Origin: Alphaproteobacteria bacterium
GTDB lineage: Bacteria; Pseudomonadota; Alphaproteobacteria; JAJFIK01
Assembly: GCA_050331455.1 (NCBI GenBank)
Contig: JBHJGV010000029.1
Location: 21,596 to 85,595, forward strand
Reading direction: 5' to 3'
Length of the DNA stretch: 64,000 nt
A model generated the notes under the pieces. It did not search any database, had not been told where the DNA came from, and was given only the letters and a program-made list of their open reading frames with translations. Shown here piece after piece: positions 1 through 9,122 of the stretch. Position 1 is the stretch's first letter, and the number at the start of each line of letters is the position of its first letter. Made by a program: the position numbers and the translations under genes.

Positions 1-209
1 TTCTGTACACTGACGAGGAAATGCTCCTCGGTGCCTTCCGGCGGGCCCATGGGTTCGGGCGCAATGACCGGGTCCTGGGCCATGCCGGACTGGCTGCCGC
101 TCGTCGCCACGGTTTGCGTGTCTTTGGACGCACAAGCCGCAGCGGTCAGCGCAAGGGCCAGCACGGCCGCGAGACGAAGGACGATCATGGGGTGCAGTTG
201 GGGAGCCAT
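1..209 (-). CDS. pal: peptidoglycan-associated lipoprotein Pal, N-terminal part only (gene runs off the window start)
   Basis: Reverse-strand translation from the ATG at 209 (alternative ATG at 188) reads MAPQLHPMIVLRLAAVLALALTAAAC ASKDTQ..., a lipoprotein signal with lipobox. It lies directly downstream of tolB, as in tol-pal operons. It is absent from the ORF track because the window edge truncates it. Confidence 0.6.
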   Translation of the reverse strand, partial: MAPQLHPMIVLRLAAVLALALTAAACASKDTQTVATSGSQSGMAQDPVIAPEPMGPPEGTEEHFLVSVQ

Positions 210-465
210 CACTTGATCCACTTCACATGCGATCCGAACGACCGGGCAATCCGAGTAACCGGATGCCACATTGGCATCATGGCGATCCCGACATTCCGAC
301 CCGCACGGACCATTGACATCGGGCCGGCGATTCGGCAGCCGCCATGCGTGACAGTAGTCGGTGCGTTGGTTGCGTTCAAGCCAAGCCCGCCGCGGGCTCC
401 GAGACGCCCAAAAGCGTAAGACTTCACACCGTCATCGCCTGACCACCCGATCGCCGCACTGAGTG

Positions 466-1872
466 TCAAAACCGCGGTTCCGACAGCAGCGGGGACCAGG
501 CGGGATCGGAGGCATCGCCGAACGTTGCGACCGGCCGCTCATTGTATCCCGTCAGATCCACGGACCACAGGCGGACGGAGCCGCCGGAGCCATCCTCGCC
601 AGTGGGCGTCTGACGGAAGAACATCAGGACGCGGCCGTTCGGCGACCAGGTGGGCGCCTCGTCGAGAAAGCTCTCCGTCAAGAGCCGCTCCCCCGACCCG
701 TCCGTGCTCATGACGCCAATATAGAACCGCCCCTTCAAACTCTTGGTGAAGGCGATCAGATCGCCCCGGGGGGACCATACCGGTGTCATATACCGCCCGT
801 CGCCGAAACTGATCCGCTTGGCGTTCAGGCCTTCCGCGCCCATGACATAGATCTGCTGGGCCCCACTCCGGTCGGAGTCGAAGGTGACCCTTGATCCGTC
901 CGGGGAATAGGACGGGGAGACATCAATGCCCGGATGGGAGGTCAGACGGCGGGTCATCCGTGTCTGAAGATCCATGGAGTAGATATCGGTGTTCCCCTAA
1001 AGATAAAAAAACATGATCACTCCGCGCCCGTCCGGAGAAAATCGCGGCGCGAAGGTCATGCCCGGGAAATCGCCCACCACTTCCTGATGGCCGCTTTCGA
1101 TATCCAGCAGATAGACCCGGGGCCGATAGCCCGCAAAGGACATGTAAACGACCTGCTGCTGGGTGGGACTGAACCGCGGTGTCAGCACCAGGGAGCGCCC
1201 GTCGGTCAGGTACATCGGGTTCGCGCCGTCCTGGTCCATGATCGCGAGGCGTTTGCGCCGATCCACCTTCGGCCCGGATTCGGCAATGAAAACGATCCGG
1301 GTGTCGAAATAGCCGGTCTCGCCCGTTAAAGCCTCATATATGTCATCGGAGATCATATGGGCGACCTTACGCCAGCTGTCCGGCGTGATCTTATATTCAA
1401 AGCCGATCACGTCACGCTCCGCGAACACGTCCCACAGCAGGAACTTGACCTTCAGCCGGCCATTCGTCAGGGGCAGGATCTGTCCTGTCACCAGCACCTG
1501 CGCATTGATCAGCCGCCAGTCGCCGAAGCGCGGGCGCCGGTCGAAGGACCGGATGGTCTCGATGAATGCGGCCTCTTCAATGGGGTCGAACAGGCCGGAA
1601 CGCTTCAGATTGCTGCGGATCACGGCGGCGATATCGGCCCCATAGCCACGACCGCTGTCGAGGGTGTCGACGAAGCGGGCAATGGCGACGGGCATGGGCT
1701 CCACCGTCCCGTCGGTGATGGTAATGCGCGGCGGGGTATAATCGTCCTGGGCAAGGGCGGCGCGCGGCGCCATCGGCCCGGCTATCGTCAGCACCAGGAC
1801 GAGAAGTGAGAGCGCCCAGAAGGATCCCGCAGCGACCGTCCATCGGGTAGCGAAAGCGTAAGTCACCGTCAT
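466..1872 (-). pseudogene. tolB: Tol-Pal system beta-propeller protein TolB, interrupted by an in-frame TAG at 997-999 (disrupted gene or sequencing error)
   Basis: ORFs 997..1872 and 466..975 share one frame. The N-terminal part has a signal peptide and TolB N-domain. The C-terminal part reads ...[13 protein letters not shown]... with beta-propeller PD/WSPDG motifs typical of TolB. The expected ~8 residues before GNTDIY are replaced by VIMFFYL* encoded by an AT-rich stretch. Confidence 0.8.
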
Positions 1873-1944
1873 TTCCCTGATCTCCCATCCCCCGTCGGGT
1901 CCGTGCGCATAAGGAAGGACCGCCCCTGCGGCCCTAAGGCCCCG

Positions 1945-3060
1945 TCAATGGCCCAGCAGGAAGCGGGGGTCGAATTCCAGATCAACCCGGCGCCAGCTCT
2001 TGTACCGCTCCACAGGCAGTTGGAAGGGCTGGCACTGGAGAACCGCGCGGACGGCCCGGTCGGTTGCCGCGCGCATGTAGCCGTCCGATTGGGAATGCCA
2101 CGAACTGACCACCCGCGGCACGCCCGCCACGGATCCGTCCGGGTTGAAATTGACCCTGAGGGTCACAATAAGTTCCTGGGCGTTGGGCGCGCCGGTCGGC
2201 GGTGACCAGCACCGCTTCAACTGGGCCTTGATCGCATCGGTCTCATTCACGGTCAGGCCGGTCTGCTGTCCCGCCGCGGCCCGGGACCGGTCCGCCGCTT
2301 CGCCCTCCAGCGAGGGCGCACGCCGGTGGAACACGCGCTCCTTGTCCGCATCGGGATGCTTGTCCAGAAGCGCGGCCGTCTGGGTGAAGAAATCATCCGC
2401 GGGCGCCGGTTCGCGGGGCGGCGTCGCTTGGGTCGGTGCAATGGGACGGGCCAGAGCCTTGGGCGCCTGTCTCGGCGGGCTCGCCGGCGTTTGCGCGTCC
2501 GCTGGCGCAGGGTCCGGCTGGGGTTCGACCACGCGCTTTTCCGGCTCGGGCAGCGGCGCGGGCTCGGGTGCCGGCTCCGGATCCTCAGGCAGCGCCTCAA
2601 TCGGTTTGGGAGCCGGCTCGGGCTCCGGCTGCGAAACAGAGGGAATGGCCGGTTCGGGTGGCGCTTCGGCCACCACCGCGGGGCTCGGTTCAGGGGCGGG
2701 CGCAGGCGGGCTCGGCTCCACGTCGGATGGGGGCTTCGGCTCGGGTGCGGGCTTCGACTCGGCGGATACCGACGGGCGACGGGCCGGTGCCGGCGGCGCC
2801 CGCCGGACTTGGGGCCGAGCCGGGGGCCGGGCGGCGGGACGCGCTGGACCTTGGGGCTTGGGGGCGGCCACCGCCTCGGCCGGATCGGCGGGCTGGCCGA
2901 TCAGCGGCTCGATATTCGTCTCGTCACTGATGGTGACGTAGTCCACATTGAGCACGGGTGGCACGTCCACCGGCGGCGTGTTGCGCAAGGGAAGAGCGAC
3001 CACGCCAAGTGCCAGAACACCCGCATGGAGCAAAGCCGATATGGCAATGGCGGTCCGCAT
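1945..3060 (-). CDS. tolA: Tol-Pal system protein TolA (TonB-family, Pro/Ala/Glu-rich periplasmic linker)
   Basis: Position between tolR and tolB. N-terminal membrane anchor MRTAIAISALLHAGVLALGVVAL, a long Pro/Ala-rich linker, and a TolA/TonB-like C-terminal domain. Start moved to the MRTAIAIS Met (the ORF track begins at 3108). Confidence 0.75.
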   Translation of the reverse strand: MRTAIAISALLHAGVLALGVVALPLRNTPPVDVPPVLNVDYVTISDETNIEPLIGQPADPAEAVAAPKPQGPARPAARPPARPQVRRAPPAPARRPSVSAESKPAPEPKPPSDVEPSPPAPAPEPSPAVVAEAPPEPAIPSVSQPEPEPAPKPIEALPEDPEPAPEPAPLPEPEKRVVEPQPDPAPADAQTPASPPRQAPKALARPIAPTQATPPREPAPADDFFTQTAALLDKHPDADKERVFHRRAPSLEGEAADRSRAAAGQQTGLTVNETDAIKAQLKRCWSPPTGAPNAQELIVTLRVNFNPDGSVAGVPRVVSSWHSQSDGYMRAATDRAVRAVLQCQPFQLPVERYKSWRRVDLEFDPRFLLGH

Positions 3061-3156
3061 GAGCGCCCTACCCCCGCGCCCGCATGACGAACCGGGGGAC
3101 GCGGACACAGTGTCCGTACCCTGACGCTACCGGTCCCGTGATTGCCGAGCGGACGG

Positions 3157-3606
3157 TCATGGCGCCGGCGCCTCCCCGACCAGACCGACCCGGTTGAACC
3201 CGGCCGCGTTGAGCGTCCCGAGGACCGTCATGAACCGCCCGTAATCCACGGTCTCGTCGGCCCGCAGAAAGATCCGCACATCCGGATTGTTGCGGGTGAT
3301 CTGCATGAGTTTCGGGACGAGCGCGTCGATCGGGATTTCCGTATCCTGAACGTAAACGCGGGCATCGGCGGTAATGCTCACCGACAGCGGCTCGTCCGAC
3401 CCCGTCAAGGGTCCGGCCTGCGTTTCCGGCAGATCCACCGGCACACCGACGGTCAGCAGAGGGGCCGTGACCATGAAAATCACCAGGAGCACCATCATGA
3501 CATCAACAAAAGGGGTCACGTTGATCTCGCTCATGGGGCGGAACCGGGGCGCGCGGCGCGGGCGGCCGCGACCGGAGCGGACGGGGCTGTCGGGGGACAT
3601 GGCCAT
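3157..3606 (-). CDS. tolR: biopolymer transport protein TolR (ExbD family)
   Basis: MSEINVTPFVDVMMVLLVIFMVTAPL is the ExbD/TolR signature. Its start overlaps the tolQ stop. Confidence 0.9.
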   Translation of the reverse strand: MAMSPDSPVRSGRGRPRRAPRFRPMSEINVTPFVDVMMVLLVIFMVTAPLLTVGVPVDLPETQAGPLTGSDEPLSVSITADARVYVQDTEIPIDALVPKLMQITRNNPDVRIFLRADETVDYGRFMTVLGTLNAAGFNRVGLVGEAPAP

Positions 3607-4331
3607 TACTGCCCCCGGTCCGCGCCCTCGCCCCGCACTCTCTCGTCGACCTGGCGCGAGAGAATGGCAGCGAATTCGTCCGCAAAGCCTTCGAGGCGGC
3701 CCGCATAGCGTCCCACCTGGCTGGAAAACCGGTTATAGGCGACGACCGCCGGGATCGCCGCGAGCAAACCCAGCGCCGTGGCAAACAGGGCCTCCGCGAT
3801 GCCCGGCGCGACGACGGCAAGGGTGGTGGCCTTGTTCACGCCAATGGCCTGCAGCGTGTTCATGATTCCCCAAACCGTGCCGAACAGGCCGACGAATGGC
3901 GCCGTCGAGCCCACGGTGGCCAGAAAGCCCAACTGACCCTCGACCCGGCCGAGCTCCCGGCTGATGGTGACGGTCATAATGCGGTCGATGCGTTCCTGCA
4001 GGCCGTGGTAGAGCGGCCCCTTTTCCGTGGAGCGCCGCCATTCCCGCATCGCCGCCGCAAAAACGCTTTCCATGGGCGTGGCCGGGCGCCCGCCGATCTG
4101 ATGGACAAGATCCTCGAGCGGCATGCCGGACCAGAACACATCTTCAAACTTGTCCGCCGCCCGTCCGAGCCGGCGCAGCCGCAAAGCCTTGTCCAAAATG
4201 ATGGCCCAACTCCAGATGGACGCCATCATCAGACCGATGATGACCAGCTTGACCACGATGTCGGCTCGCATGAATAGAGCCCAAATGGAAAATTCAGGTC
4301 CCGGCATGGGTGTCCTCTCCGTATCCAACAT
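3606..4331 (-). CDS. tolQ: Tol-Pal system protein TolQ (ExbB/MotA family)
   Basis: SIWALFMRADIVVKLVIIGLMMASIWSWAIIL ... TVGSTAPFVGLFGTVWGIMNTL are TolQ/ExbB motifs. Operon context supports the call. Confidence 0.9.
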   Translation of the reverse strand: MLDTERTPMPGPEFSIWALFMRADIVVKLVIIGLMMASIWSWAIILDKALRLRRLGRAADKFEDVFWSGMPLEDLVHQIGGRPATPMESVFAAAMREWRRSTEKGPLYHGLQERIDRIMTVTISRELGRVEGQLGFLATVGSTAPFVGLFGTVWGIMNTLQAIGVNKATTLAVVAPGIAEALFATALGLLAAIPAVVAYNRFSSQVGRYAGRLEGFADEFAAILSRQVDERVRGEGADRGQ

Positions 4332-4715
4332 CCGTCCTGGGAGCCGCCGGAACAGGGGCCGGCGTCCATGGGACGATCATGGGCTCCGTTCCGCCGCAGG
4401 AGTGCCGGTCCGCTCCGTTGCGGCCGGGGCACATGCATCCCACTCGGACCGACCTTGCGGCTGCATGATCCGCGAAACGATCCGGCATTCAGACCAGCGT
4501 TTTGTGAACCCCAATGGGCAAAGCGATGGCGGAAGAATGAGCTTTCTGCGCCGTCCCCTCCGCCGCAACGTGTCGAGATTTTGGGATCTTTATGACCAAA
4601 CTGCGGCCCTGTCGCCTCCATGGCCCTTACTGCGCAATCTTCAGGTCTTGGCTCCAGATCCGACTTCGGACCCGGAGCGCTGCCCGCAGGTCTTCAGCCT
4701 CACAGGCCCCGCGCG

Positions 4716-5225
4716 TCATCGACCCTCTTCTGGCGGTTCGATCGGGGCCACATAGGGCTCCATCAAGGTGACCACATCGCCGGGCAAACGGCGGGGCCGA
4801 CCTTCGGCATTGATGCAGGCTGCAAACACGTCGGCTGCGAAAATAAGCTCGTCCCCACGCATGATCCACTGACGGGCTTCGATCCGTGCGCCAATCGCCA
4901 TGGTGAATTGGGTGACCACGACAAGAGTGTCGTCGATTCGTGCCGGGCGGTGGAAGGTCATCTCGATCCGGCGGATCGTGAATGCAAGCGGTTCCGCACG
5001 GGCCCACAGCTCGGCATGGTGGACGCCGGCAAGGCGCAGGCAGTCGCTGCGCCCGCGCTCCAGAAAGCGCAGGTAATTTGCATGGTAGACCATACCGGAA
5101 AAGTCCGTGTCCTCATAATAGATGCGGACAGGCAGGAGATGGCGTGCGCCGAAAAAGGCGCCCCCTGGCGGCAGGCCGGCCCAATCGATTCGATCCTTGT
5201 CCGTCATGGGCGCCTCTCCGGTCAT
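4716..5225 (-). CDS. ybgC: acyl-CoA thioesterase YbgC (4HBT hotdog fold), tol-pal associated
   Basis: [31 protein letters not shown] is the YbgC/4HBT signature. The gene sits between ruvB and tolQ and overlaps the ruvB stop by 4 nt. Confidence 0.85.
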   Translation of the reverse strand: MTGEAPMTDKDRIDWAGLPPGGAFFGARHLLPVRIYYEDTDFSGMVYHANYLRFLERGRSDCLRLAGVHHAELWARAEPLAFTIRRIEMTFHRPARIDDTLVVVTQFTMAIGARIEARQWIMRGDELIFAADVFAACINAEGRPRRLPGDVVTLMEPYVAPIEPPEEGR

Positions 5226-6301
5226 TCCGATCGATCCGGCGCCGGAGCATCCAGCGCCGTGAACAAATCCATGGGCTCGGGTTCCAGAAGCGGCGGCGTG
5301 AGCCCCAAATGGGTGAAGGCGACCGGCATCAGGACCCGGCCGCGGGGCGTGCGCGTCCCGAAACCCTGGGGGATCAGATTAGGCTCGACGATATCCTCGA
5401 GCGCATCCTTGGGCTCCGACAGGGCGGCGGCCACGGTTTCGATGCCCACCGGACCGCCTTCGAAATGGACCGCGATGGTGCGCAGGTAACGATGATCGAG
5501 ACCGTCGAAACCCCGCTGGTCCACATCAAGCCGCGACAGGGCCTCGTCGGCCCCCCGGGCGGTAATGGCGGCTGCGCCGCTATGGTCTGCAAAATCCCGA
5601 ACCCGGCGCAAAAGGCGGCCCGCGATGCGCGGCGTCCCCCGCGCCCGCCGGGCGATCTCGAGCGCCCCGTCCGCCTCAATGGCCACATCCATCACCCGGG
5701 CTCCACGCTCTACGATCCGGGTCAGGTCCTCCACGGAGTAAAACTCAAGGCGGATCGGAATGCCGAAACGGTCTCGCAAGGGTGTGCTGAGAAGGCCCAT
5801 GCGGGTCGTCGCCGCCACCAGGGTGAAAGGTGCCAGATCGATCTTTACGGAGCGGGCCGCCGGCCCCTCGCCGATAATCAGATCGAGCTGAAAATCCTCC
5901 ATGGCCGGATAGAGAATCTCCTCGACGGCCGGGTTGAGCCGGTGGATCTCGTCGATGAACAGGACATCCCTCGGCTGGAGATTGGTCAGGATGGCCGCGA
6001 GGTCACCCGCCTTCGCGATGACCGGCCCGGAGGTCGCGCGGAAATTGACGCCCAGTTCGCGGGCGACAATCTGGGCCAGGGTCGTCTTGCCGAGGCCCGG
6101 CGGGCCGGACAGGAGCACATGGTCGAGAGCCTCCCCCCGCCCCTTGGCTGCCTCGATGAAAACGGACAGATTTTTGCGCGCCGCGGGCTGGCCGATGAAT
6201 TCGCCCATGGCCAAGGGGCGAAGGCTGGTCTCTCCGGCGTCCTCTTCGAGCGGATCTGCGGTGGTCAGGCGCTGCTCCATCATATCGGGCGCGCTCCCCA
6301 T
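5222..6301 (-). CDS. ruvB: Holliday junction branch migration helicase RuvB
   Basis: Walker [27 protein letters not shown], and the RuvB C-terminal winged helix. N-terminal boundary uncertain; a later Met (MMEQRL) is possible. Confidence 0.9.
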   Translation of the reverse strand: MGSAPDMMEQRLTTADPLEEDAGETSLRPLAMGEFIGQPAARKNLSVFIEAAKGRGEALDHVLLSGPPGLGKTTLAQIVARELGVNFRATSGPVIAKAGDLAAILTNLQPRDVLFIDEIHRLNPAVEEILYPAMEDFQLDLIIGEGPAARSVKIDLAPFTLVAATTRMGLLSTPLRDRFGIPIRLEFYSVEDLTRIVERGARVMDVAIEADGALEIARRARGTPRIAGRLLRRVRDFADHSGAAAITARGADEALSRLDVDQRGFDGLDHRYLRTIAVHFEGGPVGIETVAAALSEPKDALEDIVEPNLIPQGFGTRTPRGRVLMPVAFTHLGLTPPLLEPEPMDLFTALDAPAPDRSE

Positions 6302-6427
6302 ACTGTGTGCTTTCTGCCGTGTGCATTGCGTGAACGCGGTCCGGTGCGGGCGGATCGCCCGTTTTTTCGCGTTCGCGGTCTGTTCGTCAGACTATCCAGG
6401 TGTTCGTTCGCTTTCCAGCACCAATGA

Positions 6428-6784
6428 CAACCGCCGGGTAAAGCGGCATTTCGCCCGATGACGTCCTTCGCCTTCCTTCTCGGCATGATCCCGTTGGTCA
6501 TCGCGACGGGGGCCGGGGCCGAAATGCGCCAGGCCTTGGGCACGGCGGTCTTTTTCGGCATGATCGGCGTGACCGTGTTCGGCCTCATCTTCACGCCCAT
6601 CTGCTATGTCCTGATCCAAGGGCTGTGCTGCCATCCGCTGGACCGCCGCTTCGCCTTTTCCTGGACCGTCCGGGGCGGGCGAAACGGCAACGGACCGTCC
6701 GGCGATGGGCCATCCGGGGGCATGGAGTCCGGGGACAAGGAGTCTGGGGACAGGGGGGGGGCGCGGACGCCGGCCACCGGCTGA
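6428..6784 (+). pseudogene. C-terminal remnant of an RND (AcrB/HAE1-type) efflux transporter
   Basis: AAFRPMTSFAFLLGMIPLVIATGAGAEMRQALGTAVFFGMIGVTVFGLIFTPICYVLI matches the last two TM helices of AcrB-like pumps (...[27 protein letters not shown]...). The frame opens just after a TGA at 6425, so about 1000 aa of N-terminal sequence is absent. Confidence 0.7.
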
Positions 6785-6812
6785 TATCAGCCGCAAAAAG
6801 GGACGCACGCAC

Positions 6813-7832
6813 ATGATCCGATCAACGCTCGACACGCGGTTCCTGGTCATCGCGTGTGCTTTCGCCCTCACCATTGTCGGCGGGGCCCCGGCACGGGCGC
6901 AGCCGCCGACCCTGATCTTTCCCGTGACCTGCACCTATGGGCAGGACTGCATCATCCAGAACTATGTGGCCTGGGGCGGCGAGACCCCCCGGGACTATCG
7001 CTGCGGGTCCCTCACCTACCCGACCCACAAGGGCACCGACATTCGGGTTCTGGACCTGGAAACCATGGAACGCGGCGTCACAGTGATGGCCGCGGCGGGC
7101 GGCACGGTTCGCGGGATCCGGGACGGCATGGCCGACCGATCCGTCAAGACGATCGACAAGGCGGGCCTCAAGGGCCGCGAATGCGGCAATGGCGTGCTTG
7201 TTTCCCATGCGGACGGTTGGTCCACCCAGTATTGTCACATGAAGCGGGGCAGCATCGCGGTCCGCAGCGGAGACGCCGTGCGGGCGGGCACGCCCCTCGG
7301 CCAGGTTGGCCTGTCCGGCAACACGGTGTTTCCCCATCTCCATTTCGTGGTCCGCCAGGGGGACCGGGTCGTCGATCCATTCACAGGACCGGACGGCCGC
7401 CCGGCCTGCGAGGGCGGCGGCGGCACGGTCCTGTGGGATCGCGAGCAGGCGTCTGCGCTGACTTACGAACCGATCCGCATTTTCGGAGCCGGCTTTTCGG
7501 GCACCCCGGTGTCCCAGGACAGCGTCAATGCCGATACCACCTCGCCGGCCACCATCTCGGCCCGCAGCCCGGTCTTTCTGTTCTGGACCCGGCTGATCGG
7601 CCTGTCGCCGCGTTACCGGGTCAAACTCTCGGTCACGGACCCGCGGGGCACGACCATCGTGGACACCTGGCTCGATCCGGTTGACCGCCACAAGGCCGAA
7701 TGGGTTTCCTGGACCGGCCGCCGCGGCCCCCTGAATGCCTGGCTCCGCGGCACCTATCGTGGCGCTGTGACGGTCTTCGAAGGCAACCGGACCGTCGTGA
7801 CCCGCACCCAGCAGGTGCGCATCGGGGAGTGA
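6813..7832 (+). CDS. M23 family metallopeptidase (LytM-like), secreted
   Basis: Signal peptide MIRSTLDTRFLVIACAFALTIVGGAPARAQ. HKGTDI (HxxxD) and HLHFVV (HxH) zinc-ligand motifs of the M23 family. Start moved to the ATG at 6813 downstream of the ORF-track start. Confidence 0.8.
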   Translation: MIRSTLDTRFLVIACAFALTIVGGAPARAQPPTLIFPVTCTYGQDCIIQNYVAWGGETPRDYRCGSLTYPTHKGTDIRVLDLETMERGVTVMAAAGGTVRGIRDGMADRSVKTIDKAGLKGRECGNGVLVSHADGWSTQYCHMKRGSIAVRSGDAVRAGTPLGQVGLSGNTVFPHLHFVVRQGDRVVDPFTGPDGRPACEGGGGTVLWDREQASALTYEPIRIFGAGFSGTPVSQDSVNADTTSPATISARSPVFLFWTRLIGLSPRYRVKLSVTDPRGTTIVDTWLDPVDRHKAEWVSWTGRRGPLNAWLRGTYRGAVTVFEGNRTVVTRTQQVRIGE

Positions 7833-7880
7833 TCGAGCCGGCCGTTGCGAGATGGTCGGAGGCGGGCGCAGGGGCCATAA

Positions 7881-9122
7881 GTGGGGCACACGATGGGCAC
7901 ACAGACCGGCCATGATCCGTGGCCCGACGTTCTGGGGTGGATCGCACAGCGTGATCTTTCAGGGTCCGTCCTGTCGTCCGAGGCCATGCCTCTCCTGGTG
8001 GTCATCGCGGCAGCCCTCGCCATTCTCGTCATCGCCCGCCGCGCCTGGGAGGCGGGACGCGGGAGAAACGCCCTCCGCTATGCCCGGTCCTTGAGTCCCG
8101 TCGAGACCCGCTTCGTGGACGACAGCCTCGCAGACTTGATGGCCCATCTGGAGCGCGTGGGCCTGTCCGTGTTCGGGCGCGCCCTGCTCTATGCCGGGGG
8201 CTTTATCGCCTTTTTCGCGCTCTGGTTCGGAAGCTGGGCGCTGATCCTTCTCCTCACGGAGCGGTTGCGGCGCATGCTGGCCTTTGATGCGGCCAAAGGC
8301 CTGGAGCGCTTCGTCTGGGGGGCCCAGAGCCTCGATCCTGGTCTTTTGTTCATCAGCCTGTTCGCGAGCTGGGCCTTTGCGCTCGCAACGGTCCAAAATG
8401 TGGACCGGTTCTCGCCGCGCCTTGCAGCGTGGATCTATCTCTATCTCAACTGGAACCGGGTCAGCGATGCGGCACCGACCCAAGAGGATTTCGCCGGCGA
8501 CATCGTCCATTTCGTCCGACAGGGTACGATCCGGCCGGAAACGGGCTTTGAGCCGGGACCATTCCTGCGCCTCGCCTTTCGCCGCAATGCCCATCTGATC
8601 CAGGCCGGCGCGATTATCATGGCAACCCTGACCGGCGTGTCTTTGCTGTTCGCGGTGCACCACTTTCACGTGATCTCGCCGACCGCGATCCGGTATTCTC
8701 CCTATTCATCCTTCGCTGTGAAGACGGCCTCGCTTTCGGATATCGTCCGGGTGCGGCGGGCCTGCCATCTCTCGCCCAGTCGCGGGGGCGAGCGGTTGAC
8801 CGCCCGTTACGACCTTGTGATGCCGGACGGCGAGCGCCTTGCCGTGTGGACCGAAGGCACCGTCACCCCGACGACCCTCCCCATTCTGGAAGCCATCCAT
8901 GGGGCCATCGCGCAGACGGACACCCCGTTCGTTCAGGGCTGGCCGGGGGGCGCCCTGCCGCGCAGACCGGCCTATGCCTTCTCCCCCCGATGCCGCAGCC
9001 TGCTGCGCGACAGGCTCGGCCCGGGTGTAGCCGCCTCGGCCTTCCGCATGCTGACCACACCGCCGGGTGAGGCCCAACAGGGCAAGCCCCGACGCGGCAC
9101 GGCTCAGCCGGGCAGTTCGTAA
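7881..9122 (+). CDS. hypothetical membrane protein (about 4 predicted TM helices), no recognised family
   Basis: Long ORF with several hydrophobic helices (LLVVIAAALAILVIA, FIAFFALWFGSWALILLL, LLFISLFASWAFALA, IIMATLTGVSLLFAV). Follows the M23 peptidase on the same strand. The true start may be a later Met near 7986. Its 3' end overlaps the abgT end by 19 nt. Confidence 0.5.
   Translation: MGHTMGTQTGHDPWPDVLGWIAQRDLSGSVLSSEAMPLLVVIAAALAILVIARRAWEAGRGRNALRYARSLSPVETRFVDDSLADLMAHLERVGLSVFGRALLYAGGFIAFFALWFGSWALILLLTERLRRMLAFDAAKGLERFVWGAQSLDPGLLFISLFASWAFALATVQNVDRFSPRLAAWIYLYLNWNRVSDAAPTQEDFAGDIVHFVRQGTIRPETGFEPGPFLRLAFRRNAHLIQAGAIIMATLTGVSLLFAVHHFHVISPTAIRYSPYSSFAVKTASLSDIVRVRRACHLSPSRGGERLTARYDLVMPDGERLAVWTEGTVTPTTLPILEAIHGAIAQTDTPFVQGWPGGALPRRPAYAFSPRCRSLLRDRLGPGVAASAFRMLTTPPGEAQQGKPRRGTAQPGSS

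Noticed and set aside
209-469. 86-aa minus-strand ORF in the ORF track at the pal/tolB junction
   Set aside because: It lies in the tolB-pal intergenic spacer and has no lipoprotein or OmpA-like features. The real pal reading frame starts at 209 and runs leftward off the window in a different frame.
4982-6427. 481-aa plus-strand ORF (and several others of 100-350 aa) overlapping ruvB and ybgC in antisense
   Set aside because: Arg/Gly/Pro-rich low-complexity translation of the strand opposite a gene with clear RuvB homology. High GC depletes stop codons, so long antisense frames are expected.
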